The notes beneath the pieces were generated by a model. It did not search any database and was not told where the DNA came from. It saw only the letters and a list, made by a program, of their open reading frames with translations. The position numbers and the translations under genes were made by a program. From positions 3,584,001 through 3,648,000 of the forward strand of contig OY759746.1 in the NCBI GenBank assembly GCA_963662795.1: DNA of 64,000 nucleotides, in the 5' to 3' direction. The stretch is from Spirochaetia bacterium (GTDB taxonomy: Bacteria > Spirochaetota > Spirochaetia > CADAEX01). Below, in pieces: positions 39,120-49,144 of this stretch (positions are counted from its first letter, which is position 1; every line of letters starts with the position of its first letter).

Positions 39120-42107
39120 ATGAATGATTTAAAACATTATTGGCTTTTTAAACCCCAAAAATCTAATCTTTCAATATTTCATGATCTAATGCGGTTTAAA
39201 GTTAAAGAAATACTTCTTGTTGCTACGGTATATGATGCCTATATTCTTGAGCGCGAGGGACAGTTATTTGAACAAATTTATGGAGAATATTATCAATTAA
39301 ATATATCAAGTGCCCCAAGGATTACTTCTGTATTTTCAGATATTGATGCACTTGAAATCATAGAAATAGAACAATTCGATCTGGTTATAATTGTTACAGG
39401 AATTGATAAAAATATGCCTCTCGTACTAAGTCAAAAAATAAAGGAAGCAACTCCGGATATACCAATACTACTCTTAATAAATAATAATAACCAAATAATA
39501 TTATACGAAAAAATGGCAAAAGACCTGATTAATTTTGAAAAACTGTTTGTCTGGAACGGTGACAGCAATATCTTTCTTGCAATGATAAAATACATTGAGG
39601 ACTCTATAAATGCACAACAAGATACGTTATCAGGTGATGTCAGAATTATTCTTTTAGTTGAAGATTCTATACGCTATTATTCAAGATATCTTCCAACTCT
39701 TTATAGCGTAATAATGAGGGAAGTACAAAGATTAATCAGTGGTGAGGATATCGATGCGCGATATAAGCTTCTTAAAATGAGAGCCCGTCCAAAAGTTCTT
39801 CTCACCTCAAGTTATGAAAATGCAGTCGAATTATTTGAAAAATACAAAGATTATCTGCTATGTATAATAACTGATGTAAAATACTATATGAATGGGAAAA
39901 TCAATGTTTCAGCTGGAAAATATCTTGTTAAATATGTTCAAAGCAGAGTTAATATTCCGATTCTTTTACAATCATCTGATCCAGTAAATAATAATTTCGC
40001 TAAAGAAAATAAAATTAACTATATTGATAAAAATTCTCAAAATTTATCGAAAGAATTAATTGATTTTTTTAAACAAAATCTTGGATTTGGCAATTTTATT
40101 TTCAGGGATAGCAATGGGAAGAACATTGCCGAAGCAAGATATCTAAAAGAATTCGAATCACTAATTGATAAAATACCAGGTGAATCCATTATTTATCATA
40201 GTAATAGAAATGATTTTTCAACCTGGTTTATGGCAAAAGGAGAGATTAAAAGTGCATTGAAATTGAAAAAAGCGAAAACCGAAGATTTTAATGGACCAGA
40301 AGAAATAAGAAATTTTATAAAAAACACATTGTTTGAACGCTGGCTTGAGAAAAAAAGAGATTCAATATCGAATTTTTCTGAACCAGTGTTAGATGAAACT
40401 TCATACCTCATGAGAATTTCAAATGGCTCTGTAGGAGGAAAAGGAAGAGGTATTGCCTTTACAGAATCACTTCTCCAAAAATCTGAATTTAAAAATATTA
40501 TTAATGGGATAAATATCACCATACCAAAGACTATTATAATCGGTACGGATGAATTTGAATATTTTATGGATAATATTGATATCAGTAATTTAATGCAGAA
40601 TGAAGAGAATATTTTAAAGATAAAGGAACTTTTTTCTAAAATTAAGCTATCCTCTCTATTATCTCAAAGATTGAAGAAAATACTTAATAATACAACTGCT
40701 CCTCTAGCAGTAAGAAGTTCTGGCCTTTTTGAAGATAGTCTTTCGCAACCATTCGCGGGTATATATGATACTTATTATCTACCTAATAATCATCCTGATC
40801 CAAATGAAAGATTACATCAACTTGAGACTGCCGTAAAAATGGTATATGCATCAGTTTTTACACCACTTGCAAAAAGCTATTTTGACTCAGTAAATCACTC
40901 TATTGAAGAAGAAAAAATGGCTGTTATCATTCAAGAACTTGTAGGTCATGCTTATGGTGAATATTTCTATCCACATCTAAGTGGCGTTGCCCAATCATAT
41001 AATTACTATCCTATTTCTCATATGAAATCAGAAGATGGTATTGGGTTAATAGCTATTGGACTAGGTAAAACCGTAGTAGATGGAGAATCTTCCTACAGGT
41101 TTTGTCCCAAATATCCAAAAATGAAAATATTTACAATTAAAGATATGCTTGAAAATTCACAAAGATATTTTTATGCTTTAAATCTTAAAAAAACCAAAAT
41201 CGATTTAATGGAAGGTGTTGATGCAACACTTGATAAAATACCAGTTTCTTTTGCTGAAAAACATGGGAATCTTGATCATTGTGCTTCAGTATATGATGTT
41301 AATTCAAATACTATCAGACCGGGACTTCATATAGAAGGTCCCAGAATTATTGATTTCAGTTATATACTTCAATATAACTATATCCCTCTTTCAAACACTA
41401 TATCAACTGTACTTGATGTTATGAGAAGTGCATTGGGTACACCAGTTGAAATCGAATTTGCCATTGATCTTAAAAAAGACAGTACGGGAAAAAGCTGTTT
41501 TTACATTCTTCAGGTCAAACCTTTGATAAGAACACTCGACACATCATTAAGTGAAGAAATACGTGTTGACAGAAATGATCTTATCCTAAGAACAAAAAAT
41601 GGAATGGGTAATGGAATTATAGAAGGCATTCATGATATTATTTATGTAATCCCCGATAGATTTAATAATCTCAAAACTGCATTTATTGCAAAAGAAATCA
41701 GTCAATTGAACAAAGAGATGAAAAGGATTTCAACAAATTATATACTAATTGGTCCTGGCCGATGGGGATCAAGTGACTCATTTCTTGGAATTCCAGTAGA
41801 TTGGGCATCTATCAGTGAAGCTAAAGTAATCGTTGAAACATCAATAAAAGATTTTCAAGTCGATGCATCACTTGGAAGTCATTTTTTTCATAATATTACA
41901 TCAATGAATATTGGATATTTTACAGTTCCTTTTGGAATTGAAGATTCATTTATTGATTATAATTTCATTGAATCAATTAAGCCTGTAAATGAAACAACAT
42001 ATTTGCGACATATTCATTTACCCACACCTGTTACTGTAATAATGGATGGAAGAAGATCTGTTTCTTTAATTACTAAAAATGGTTGGAAGTTGAAAAAATC
42101 TTTGTAG
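39120..42107 (+). CDS. Receiver-domain-fused PEP synthase/PPDK nucleotide-binding-domain protein
   Basis: Pseudo-REC, REC (VED, ITD, QSS, DK), GGKGRG, AVRSS..ED...FAG.Y.T, IEFA..YILQVKP, C-terminal GSHFFHN. Confidence 0.85.
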   Translation: MNDLKHYWLFKPQKSNLSIFHDLMRFKVKEILLVATVYDAYILEREGQLFEQIYGEYYQLNISSAPRITSVFSDIDALEIIEIEQFDLVIIVTGIDKNMPLVLSQKIKEATPDIPILLLINNNNQIILYEKMAKDLINFEKLFVWNGDSNIFLAMIKYIEDSINAQQDTLSGDVRIILLVEDSIRYYSRYLPTLYSVIMREVQRLISGEDIDARYKLLKMRARPKVLLTSSYENAVELFEKYKDYLLCIITDVKYYMNGKINVSAGKYLVKYVQSRVNIPILLQSSDPVNNNFAKENKINYIDKNSQNLSKELIDFFKQNLGFGNFIFRDSNGKNIAEARYLKEFESLIDKIPGESIIYHSNRNDFSTWFMAKGEIKSALKLKKAKTEDFNGPEEIRNFIKNTLFERWLEKKRDSISNFSEPVLDETSYLMRISNGSVGGKGRGIAFTESLLQKSEFKNIINGINITIPKTIIIGTDEFEYFMDNIDISNLMQNEENILKIKELFSKIKLSSLLSQRLKKILNNTTAPLAVRSSGLFEDSLSQPFAGIYDTYYLPNNHPDPNERLHQLETAVKMVYASVFTPLAKSYFDSVNHSIEEEKMAVIIQELVGHAYGEYFYPHLSGVAQSYNYYPISHMKSEDGIGLIAIGLGKTVVDGESSYRFCPKYPKMKIFTIKDMLENSQRYFYALNLKKTKIDLMEGVDATLDKIPVSFAEKHGNLDHCASVYDVNSNTIRPGLHIEGPRIIDFSYILQYNYIPLSNTISTVLDVMRSALGTPVEIEFAIDLKKDSTGKSCFYILQVKPLIRTLDTSLSEEIRVDRNDLILRTKNGMGNGIIEGIHDIIYVIPDRFNNLKTAFIAKEISQLNKEMKRISTNYILIGPGRWGSSDSFLGIPVDWASISEAKVIVETSIKDFQVDASLGSHFFHNITSMNIGYFTVPFGIEDSFIDYNFIESIKPVNETTYLRHIHLPTPVTVIMDGRRSVSLITKNGWKLKKSL

Positions 42108-42146
42108 TGAACCTGTAAGTAAGTTTCCGAAAATCGCTTTGCCAAC

Positions 42147-42187
42147 AAAGGAATCCTCTTCCCATATCACCGGCGCGGGTGTAGAAT
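42147..42187 (+). repeat. Dispersed promoter-like repeat, copy A2
   Basis: AAAGGAATCCTCTTCCCA-TATCACCGGCGCGGGTG-TAGAAT. Confidence 0.6.
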
Positions 42188-42299
42188 TACTTACTCAAGA
42201 GTATCTGCAGCTGATTCATATCTACAAAATATTTTTATTCATAATTCAGAATAGTCGAAATTGTGTGACGAATAATGGTAAGATGCTATTTGTTTATAA

Positions 42300-43331
42300 G
42301 ATGTGCACAGAAATTCCTAGCGCAAATTGGCAATAGCTTCTTTAGGTGTTATGAAGTCAAGAGTTTTTCTTGGCCTCTCATTCAATAGCCTTGCTACTCG
42401 TGATACATCATACTGCGAAAGCTTTCTGAAATCATCTACTTCATCAAGCATATCACGAATCAAGCCATTTGTGTTTTCACATGTTCCCTTTTCCCAGGGA
42501 GATGCCGGATGGCAAAAGTATACATCAATATTAAGATTTTCTTTGAGTTTTTTGAACTCACTGTTCTCTTTACCCTGATCAAGAGTCAGAGATTTTCTTA
42601 GAAGAGGAGATATCTTCTTAAACCTTTTCTCTATTGTTTTTCTTACTGTATTTGCATCATATGTTTTTAACAGATCAAGCTGGATAAACCTAGTTTTACG
42701 TTCAACTATTACGCAGATTGCTGATTTATGGTCCTTTCCAATGAGAAGATCTCCTTCCCAGTGTCCTGGAACTTTCCGTGAGTTAATTTCAGCAGGCCTT
42801 TCGTCTATAAGGGTAATATCTTTTAATTTACCCCGTTTTTCGTCCTTATTTGCACTCTTTCTTTTCTTTCCTTTGAGTCTTAAATCTTTAAGCGCTAGTT
42901 TTTTAAGCTCTCCCCTCATGTGGAAATGGACATAGTTATAAATTGTTTTATCACTCACTTTATCTGAAGGATAATTTATTTCCAGCCATTTGGCAATTTG
43001 CTGTGGGGACCACCGGAGTTGGAGTTTGGGTTTTATAAGCTGCCATGACTTGTTGTCTATTTTTAATTTGGGGCTCTGATTTTTTCTTTGCCTTAAATGC
43101 TCATACTCTGCAATTAAAGGATTGTAATATCCTTCATCAGTACCGCGTTTTATTTCTCTTGTAATACTTGAAGCTCTTCGGCCAAGATTACTTGCTATTT
43201 GTGATAGCTTTAATCTTTTGGTGTAAATCATCTGAAAAATGGCCATTCTTTCATTGAGATTCATTCTTTTGTAACTCACTTAAAACTCCTGTCACAATAT
43301 TAGTTTATTGCGCTAGGAATTTCTGGCCGTC
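42300..43331 (-). mobile_element. IS30-family element (outer ends approximate)
   Basis: Perfect 18-bp IR CAGAAATTCCTAGCGCAA at 42308-42325 and 43308-43325. Confidence 0.88.
42317..43279 (-). CDS. IS30-family transposase
   Basis: GHWEGDL, TLDQGKE, PWEKGTCENTNGLIR, LNERPRKTL. Confidence 0.93.
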   Translation of the reverse strand: MSYKRMNLNERMAIFQMIYTKRLKLSQIASNLGRRASSITREIKRGTDEGYYNPLIAEYEHLRQRKNQSPKLKIDNKSWQLIKPKLQLRWSPQQIAKWLEINYPSDKVSDKTIYNYVHFHMRGELKKLALKDLRLKGKKRKSANKDEKRGKLKDITLIDERPAEINSRKVPGHWEGDLLIGKDHKSAICVIVERKTRFIQLDLLKTYDANTVRKTIEKRFKKISPLLRKSLTLDQGKENSEFKKLKENLNIDVYFCHPASPWEKGTCENTNGLIRDMLDEVDDFRKLSQYDVSRVARLLNERPRKTLDFITPKEAIANLR

Positions 43332-43429
43332 AGAATTTATAAATACTAAAAGACTATTATTACTACCTGTCAATTCAGATAATATTCCATTCTTTTCCTG
43401 ATTAAATAACAATCCTAAATATTATAATA

Positions 43430-43457
43430 ATTATGAGTCCCCGTAGGGACTCATAAT
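43430..43457 (-). terminator. Hairpin terminator downstream of amtB
   Basis: ATTATGAGTCCC-CGTA-GGGACTCATAAT perfect 12-bp stem. Confidence 0.7.
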
Positions 43458-43497
43458 AAATTACAGGTTTTATTAGAGAGCTTATAATTAATCAATT

Positions 43498-44700
43498 CTA
43501 ATTATAAGCATCTTCATCGTGTATTGATTTATCAAGGCCGGCGCCTTCTTCTACTTCAGATACTCTTACCCGTACAATTAGATTTATTGCCCATAGCATT
43601 AGATATGTAAATAAAAACGCATAAACTGAAGCGATTACAACAGTTACAGTCTGTATTAGAAAAAAAGTAGTATTTCCATAAAAAAGTCCACTGTCACCGG
43701 CTGGATTGATAACTGTACTTGCAAAAACTCCAAGAAGAACAGTTCCAGTGAAACCACCAAAGCCATGAACACCCCAGACATCAAGGGCATCATCCCATTT
43801 TAATTTATTTTTTAGTGCAACAGCATAGTAACAGCCCATTCCTGCTATAATACCAATCAATGCAGCTGACCAAGTCGGAACAAAACCGGCAGCAGGCGTT
43901 ATTGTAGCCAGACCGGCTACAGCTCCTGTCATTAATCCTACAAATTTAGGTTTTTTTTCTTTATGCCATTCAATGATCAGCCAAGTAACAGTTGCAAAAG
44001 AAGCAGCAACATCAGTATTAACAAAAGCAAGTGCAGTTATATGATCGACCTGTAATTCACTTCCTGCATTAAATCCATACCAACCAAACCATAACAAGCC
44101 AGTACCGATAGCAACCAGTGGAATACTATTTGGTTTTGATTTCTTATCTTTCCGCTCTCCAACATACAAAACTGATGCCAGAGCGGCAAACCCTGCAGTA
44201 GTATGAACAACAATTCCCCCTGCGAAATCCTTAACTCCCCATGAGGCAAGTATACCACCACCCCAGATCATATGAACAAAAGGATAATATACAAACAACT
44301 GCCACAAAACGAGGAAAAACAAGTATGCCTTAAAAGATACTCTTCCCGTAAACGCACCAGTGATAAGCGCTGGAGTAATAATTGCAAACATCATCTGGTA
44401 GGCAAAAAATACAAATTCAGGAATTGAGCCTTCTCCAAATGGTGTTAGGGCATCTACTCCTTTCAGAAACATTTTATCTATGTTTCCAATTATTGGCCCG
44501 CTACCACTAAAGCATAATGAATAACCAATGGCATACCAAAGCATTGTGGTTATTCCCAAAGATACAAAACTCTGTATCATAATCCCCAGAATATTACGTT
44601 TGGATGTTAATCCACCATAAAAAAATGCTAATCCCGGGGTCATTAGCATTACCAGGCTAGTTGCTACAAGCATAAAACCTGTTGATCCAGTGTTGAACAT
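43498..44700 (-). CDS. amtB: Ammonium transporter Amt
   Basis: MTPGLAFFYGG, DFAGGIVVH, WFGWYGFNAGS, DDALDVWGVHG (both pore histidines). Confidence 0.95.
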   Translation of the reverse strand: MFNTGSTGFMLVATSLVMLMTPGLAFFYGGLTSKRNILGIMIQSFVSLGITTMLWYAIGYSLCFSGSGPIIGNIDKMFLKGVDALTPFGEGSIPEFVFFAYQMMFAIITPALITGAFTGRVSFKAYLFFLVLWQLFVYYPFVHMIWGGGILASWGVKDFAGGIVVHTTAGFAALASVLYVGERKDKKSKPNSIPLVAIGTGLLWFGWYGFNAGSELQVDHITALAFVNTDVAASFATVTWLIIEWHKEKKPKFVGLMTGAVAGLATITPAAGFVPTWSAALIGIIAGMGCYYAVALKNKLKWDDALDVWGVHGFGGFTGTVLLGVFASTVINPAGDSGLFYGNTTFFLIQTVTVVIASVYAFLFTYLMLWAINLIVRVRVSEVEEGAGLDKSIHDEDAYN

Positions 44701-45082
44701 AAAGTTCCCTCCTTAAATTGACTCAGAAAATCACATGGATCTTTTTTTATCATACGGTATGCGGGAGATAAAAAAATCAGATTTATGCTTTTATTGCAAT
44801 TTGAATTTATTAGCTCATTAATCTATTGTATACTTTGACTCAATTAATGTATTTATAAAATCATTTATTGAAAATATCAGAATAAACCCTATCAAAAAGA
44901 AATCCTATTGATTTTCTGAGTGTTTTTAAAATCACAGTTTGCATACTTTGGCTTGTGATTTTAAACACTTCAATATAACCAACGAATTATTTTAAATCTG
45001 TTTAATATGACCGTCAAGCTAATAAATATATTTTTTCTTTACTTAAGTATTTTTGACTGTACCCTGTAATTTCCCATCAAGG

Positions 45083-46077
45083 TGGGATTACCCCAAAACA
45101 GTAGACACTTGATATACTTAGAAACTAAGGAGTATTAAAGTGCCAAAGAGTCCCTGCACAGAAGAATTTAAAGACGAAATATTGAAGCAAATAAAGAAAG
45201 AAGGACACAGTGTTCTTGAAGTATCAAAAGCAGCAGGAGTAAGTGACGTTACTCTTTATACCTGGCTTAGAAAGGCAGGATGGAAATCTGGTGAGTTCAG
45301 GGATAAGAGGAAATTAATAGAAACAGAAAAAAAATAGAGAATTAAAAGCAGAGATTCGAAAGCTGAAAATGGAGCGTGATATCTTAAAAAAAGCCGCAGC
45401 GTACTTTGCGAAAGAATCCCGGTAAAGTACGCTTTCATTGGGATAACAGGAAAGTGTTTCCAATCCCGCCCTATGTGCAGGATATTTAAAATTAATCCAT
45501 CGGGATTTTACAGATGGTTAAAAACACCAGAATCTCCCAGAATAAAAGAAAATAAAAAACTGACAGAACTAATACGTTTTTATTGGAAAGATAGCGGTCA
45601 AGTATATGGAAGTCCAAATATACATGAAGATCTAAAAGAAGCCGGTTATACCTGTAGTGTTAACAGGGTTGCTCGTTTAATGAAAGAAGCTGGAATAAAA
45701 GGTGCTTACAGGCGGAAACGACATCAAGTTCAATGGGTACCTGGAGAAGTTTATCAAGAAAATACTTTAAGATAGAAAGTTTGCTGTTGATAAACCGAAT
45801 CAAGCCTGGTGTACAGACATCACATATATCCGAACCTATGAAGGCTGGCTTTATCTGGCAGTAGTAATTGATCTATTCAACAGGGGTGTTGTTGGCTGGT
45901 CGATGAAAAGCCATCAGAAAGCAATTATTGTTATGGATACTTTATTTATGGCTGTAAAAAGAAGAAGACCTACAAAGTCTGTTCTTATCCATTCTGATCA
46001 GGGATGCCAATTTACCAGTAAGGATTGGGAAAATTTCTGCGAATCCCATTCTTTAGAAATTAGTATGAGTCGCGAAG
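45083..46077 (+). pseudogene. IS3-family element, frameshifted and 3'-truncated
   Basis: Left end TGGGATTACCCCAAAACAGTAGACA; orfA ends ERDILKKAAAYFA in a shifted frame; orfB WCTDITYIRTYEGWLYLA, HSDQGCQF; cut by next IS. Confidence 0.85.
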
Positions 46078-47356
46078 TATAATGAGCCCGGAAATCAAGA
46101 CACAAAAAACGGTATGATTAAGGTGTAAAACCCGCTATACTTTAAGGAGCGGAAAACACAATGAATAAACGACAGAGATTTGACAAGGCATTCAAGGCAA
46201 AAGTAACACAGGATGCTCTTCGCGAGGAACTTACAATTCAGGAAATTGCAAAAAAGTACAACGTTCATCCTAACCAGATCAGCTTATGGAAAAACCAGGC
46301 AATAGAAAGCTTGCCGGAGATTTTTGAAAGACCAAATAAAAAAAGTGAAACAGAGCGAGAAGCCGAGGAAAAATACGATGATGCACTCAAAACGCTTGGC
46401 AAGATGAAGATCGAAAACGAATTTCTAAAAAAAAGTACAAACAACTTTACGGGAGCGATCCCTTCTGATTGAAAGGGCACATGAAAAAATGAGTGTGAAA
46501 AATCAATGTAAAGCTCTCGGCCTGTCAAGGAGTGCAGCTTATTACAGAAAACGATGCTCTCTTGTAGAGAGAGATATTGAGATACTGAAAAAGATAAGAG
46601 AAGTTCTTATCCTCTTGCCTTTTTATGGTTATAGAAAAGTTGCTCTTGAAATTAGAAGCAAAGACTCCTGTGTTTCTCGCGAACAGGTGCGCAGGATAAT
46701 GACAAAAGCAGGACTCAAAGCGATATTCCCTGGAAGGAATATGTCAAAAGCAAGGCATGAACACAAAAAGTATCCATATCTGCTTGCAGGAAAGATTATA
46801 AGATATCCGAATCAGGTTTGGGCGACTGATCTTACATATATCAAAATGCCAAAAGGTCATGTATATCTCATGGCGATTATCGATCTGTATTCAAGAAAGG
46901 TACTTAACTGGATAGTAACTAATACACTTGATGCACAGATATTCGCCAACTGCTTACATGAAACAATTGAAAAGTATGGAGCGCCTGCAATTTTTAATAC
47001 GGATCAGGGATGTCAGTTTACTTCTGAATGCTGGACTGCCGTTCTCCATGAATATGGCATAAGAATAAGCATGGACGGGAAAAATCGCGCAATAGATAAT
47101 ATCTTTGTTGAAAGACTTTGGCGGTCACTTAAGTATGAAGATATTTATATCAAGCGCTATGAGACAGTCCGGGATCTCAAAGAAGGAGTCGCACAATACT
47201 TCAAGTTTTATAACACTGAGCGTTTTCATCAGAATCTCTCTTACAGGACTCCTGATGAAATACATGAATCATTTCAGGCTGTCAGCCTGGCAGAACAGGC
47301 GGCGTGATACACCTTAAACACTCGTCAAAAGTGTGTTGACATAAGGGCGCAGTTTA
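46078..47356 (+). mobile_element. IS3-family element (orfA 46161, orfB to 47307)
   Basis: 26-bp IR with 18 matches; orfB WATDLTYI, NTDQGCQF, DNIFVERLWRSLKYE; A8G tract at 46427-46435; no TSD. Confidence 0.88.
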
Positions 47357-47357
47357 A

Positions 47358-47510
47358 ACAGCTGCATCAAGTCATAATCAGATTTTTTCAATTGATACAT
47401 TTAATGCATATGTCCATAATAAAGATTTATCTCCTATATCAACTGATCTAAAAATAACCTGGGATAATTTACAAAATGCTATTATTAATTTATGGATTTT
47501 AATTAAATGA
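47358..47510 (+). pseudogene. C-terminal 50 codons of the methylase's upstream partner gene (IS-truncated)
   Basis: TAASSHNQIFSIDTFNAYVHNKDLSPISTDLKITWDNLQNAIINLWILIK*; TGA overlaps methylase ATG (ATGA). Confidence 0.6.
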
Positions 47511-48349
47511 AATACTACTCACCTCTTAGATATCCAGGGGGGAAAGGTAAACTTTTTCCATATATCAAGAATTTATTTGAAAAAAATAATCTTTATAAAA
47601 CTATTTATGTTGAACCTTTTGCTGGTGGTTCATCTTTGGCATTATCGTTATTAATGGAAGAATATACTCCAGAAGTTTATATAAATGATATTGATTTTCA
47701 TATTTATGCATTTTGGTATAACGTAGTTCATGAACCCGATAAATTAATAAAGAATATTTTAAATTGCAAAATAAATATAGAAACATGGTTAAAAGAAAAA
47801 AATATATACTCAAACTATAAGAAACACTCAATAATTGATGTAGGATTTGCTACTTTTTTTTTAAACAGAACAAATCGATCAGGAATTCTAAATGGAGGCA
47901 TTATTGGTGGTAAAAATCAAAATAGTAAATGGAATATTGCAGCTCGCTTTAATAAAAAAGATTTAATTAACCGAATCGAAAGGATAGCTTTATATAGTGA
48001 TCGTATCAATGTTTCCAATTATGATGCATTGCATTTATTCGATCTTGTAGAAAAAAAACAAGATAAATATTTTTATTTTATTGATCCACCGTATTTTATA
48101 AATGGCAAAGATTTGTATTTAAATTTCTACAAAAAAGACGATCATGAGTTATTATGTAAAAAAATATTTACCTTGAATAATAAATGGATTGTAACATATG
48201 ATAATGTACCTGAAATAAATAATATTTATCGTAAATGCAAAAATAAAATTGAATATTCTTTGAACTATAGCGCAAATACAAACAGGAAAGGTAAAGAATT
48301 AATGTTTTTTTCGCCAAAAATGTTAATACCAGATTTTGAATTATTTTAA
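47507..48349 (+). CDS. D12-class N6-adenine DNA methyltransferase (Dam-like)
   Basis: SPLRYPGGK, YVEPFAGG, IDPPY, WIVTYD. Confidence 0.9.
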   Translation: MKYYSPLRYPGGKGKLFPYIKNLFEKNNLYKTIYVEPFAGGSSLALSLLMEEYTPEVYINDIDFHIYAFWYNVVHEPDKLIKNILNCKINIETWLKEKNIYSNYKKHSIIDVGFATFFLNRTNRSGILNGGIIGGKNQNSKWNIAARFNKKDLINRIERIALYSDRINVSNYDALHLFDLVEKKQDKYFYFIDPPYFINGKDLYLNFYKKDDHELLCKKIFTLNNKWIVTYDNVPEINNIYRKCKNKIEYSLNYSANTNRKGKELMFFSPKMLIPDFELF

Positions 48350-48372
48350 CAGAAAAGCTTTTTCAACTATTC

Positions 48373-48808
48373 TTATCGATTAAAATATTTATGTTCTCTT
48401 TCTTTTCTTTTACTTCTTGTCCCATAAATAAAAGCACCCGCAATACCTGCAATACCTGTAATTATTGTAGTAAGGCCCTGCGCACTTTTACCAGTATAAA
48501 TTAAAAAAGTTCCACAAATTATTGCAGTTAAAACTATCAATACAGCACAAAATTGACCGCGAGAAGAATTTTTAATTTCACCAACTATGGCCATTTTTTC
48601 GATTTCCTGACGATGATCACTTTGTGCTTCTGCCATCTTTAATATCCTATCGTGCTGCACCTGGTAATATATCTTCATATTTTCCGAATTCGGCTGATGG
48701 AGGTAAAGGACCTTGATATTGCATACTTACATTTCGCTGTGATGTGTTTTGCATTCTTTCCAATTTAATTGTTCTATCAATTTGTTTTTGAATCTTATTT
48801 TTTGGCAT
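48373..48808 (-). pseudogene. DUF2335 membrane protein, +1 frameshift
   Basis: YQGPLPPSAEF.KYE.ILPGAA, one extra C, then DRILKMAE.Q..HR and two TM. Confidence 0.78.
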
Positions 48809-49005
48809 TAAGCTTTAGAAAATTCTTTAAAAGCCTTCTCTATATCATTACCTATAGCTTTAAAATCATTCTCAATTGCAATTCTATCAGCAATTTCCGG
48901 TGATATACTATAATTTCTTTCTATCAAAGTAGCACCTATGTCAAATACAGATGCTATTCCACTTAAATAACTTGGCATTGAGAATAAAAAATCTGTATTC
49001 CCCAT
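48808..49005 (-). CDS. Small conserved-looking hypothetical protein coupled to DUF2335
   Basis: RBS AAGGGG; TAATG overlap with DUF2335 start; TTGACA-N16-TATATT upstream. Confidence 0.7.
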   Translation of the reverse strand: MGNTDFLFSMPSYLSGIASVFDIGATLIERNYSISPEIADRIAIENDFKAIGNDIEKAFKEFSKA

Positions 49006-49144
49006 TTATTTACCCCTTAAATAGTTCTAATATAAATATAATCCTCTGAATATTATTGTCAAGAGATTACGATTAAACAGTATATCTTAATAATCGGTTC
49101 AATTAAACACTTAAAGAACATTTTTACAAGGGATATTTTAATTT

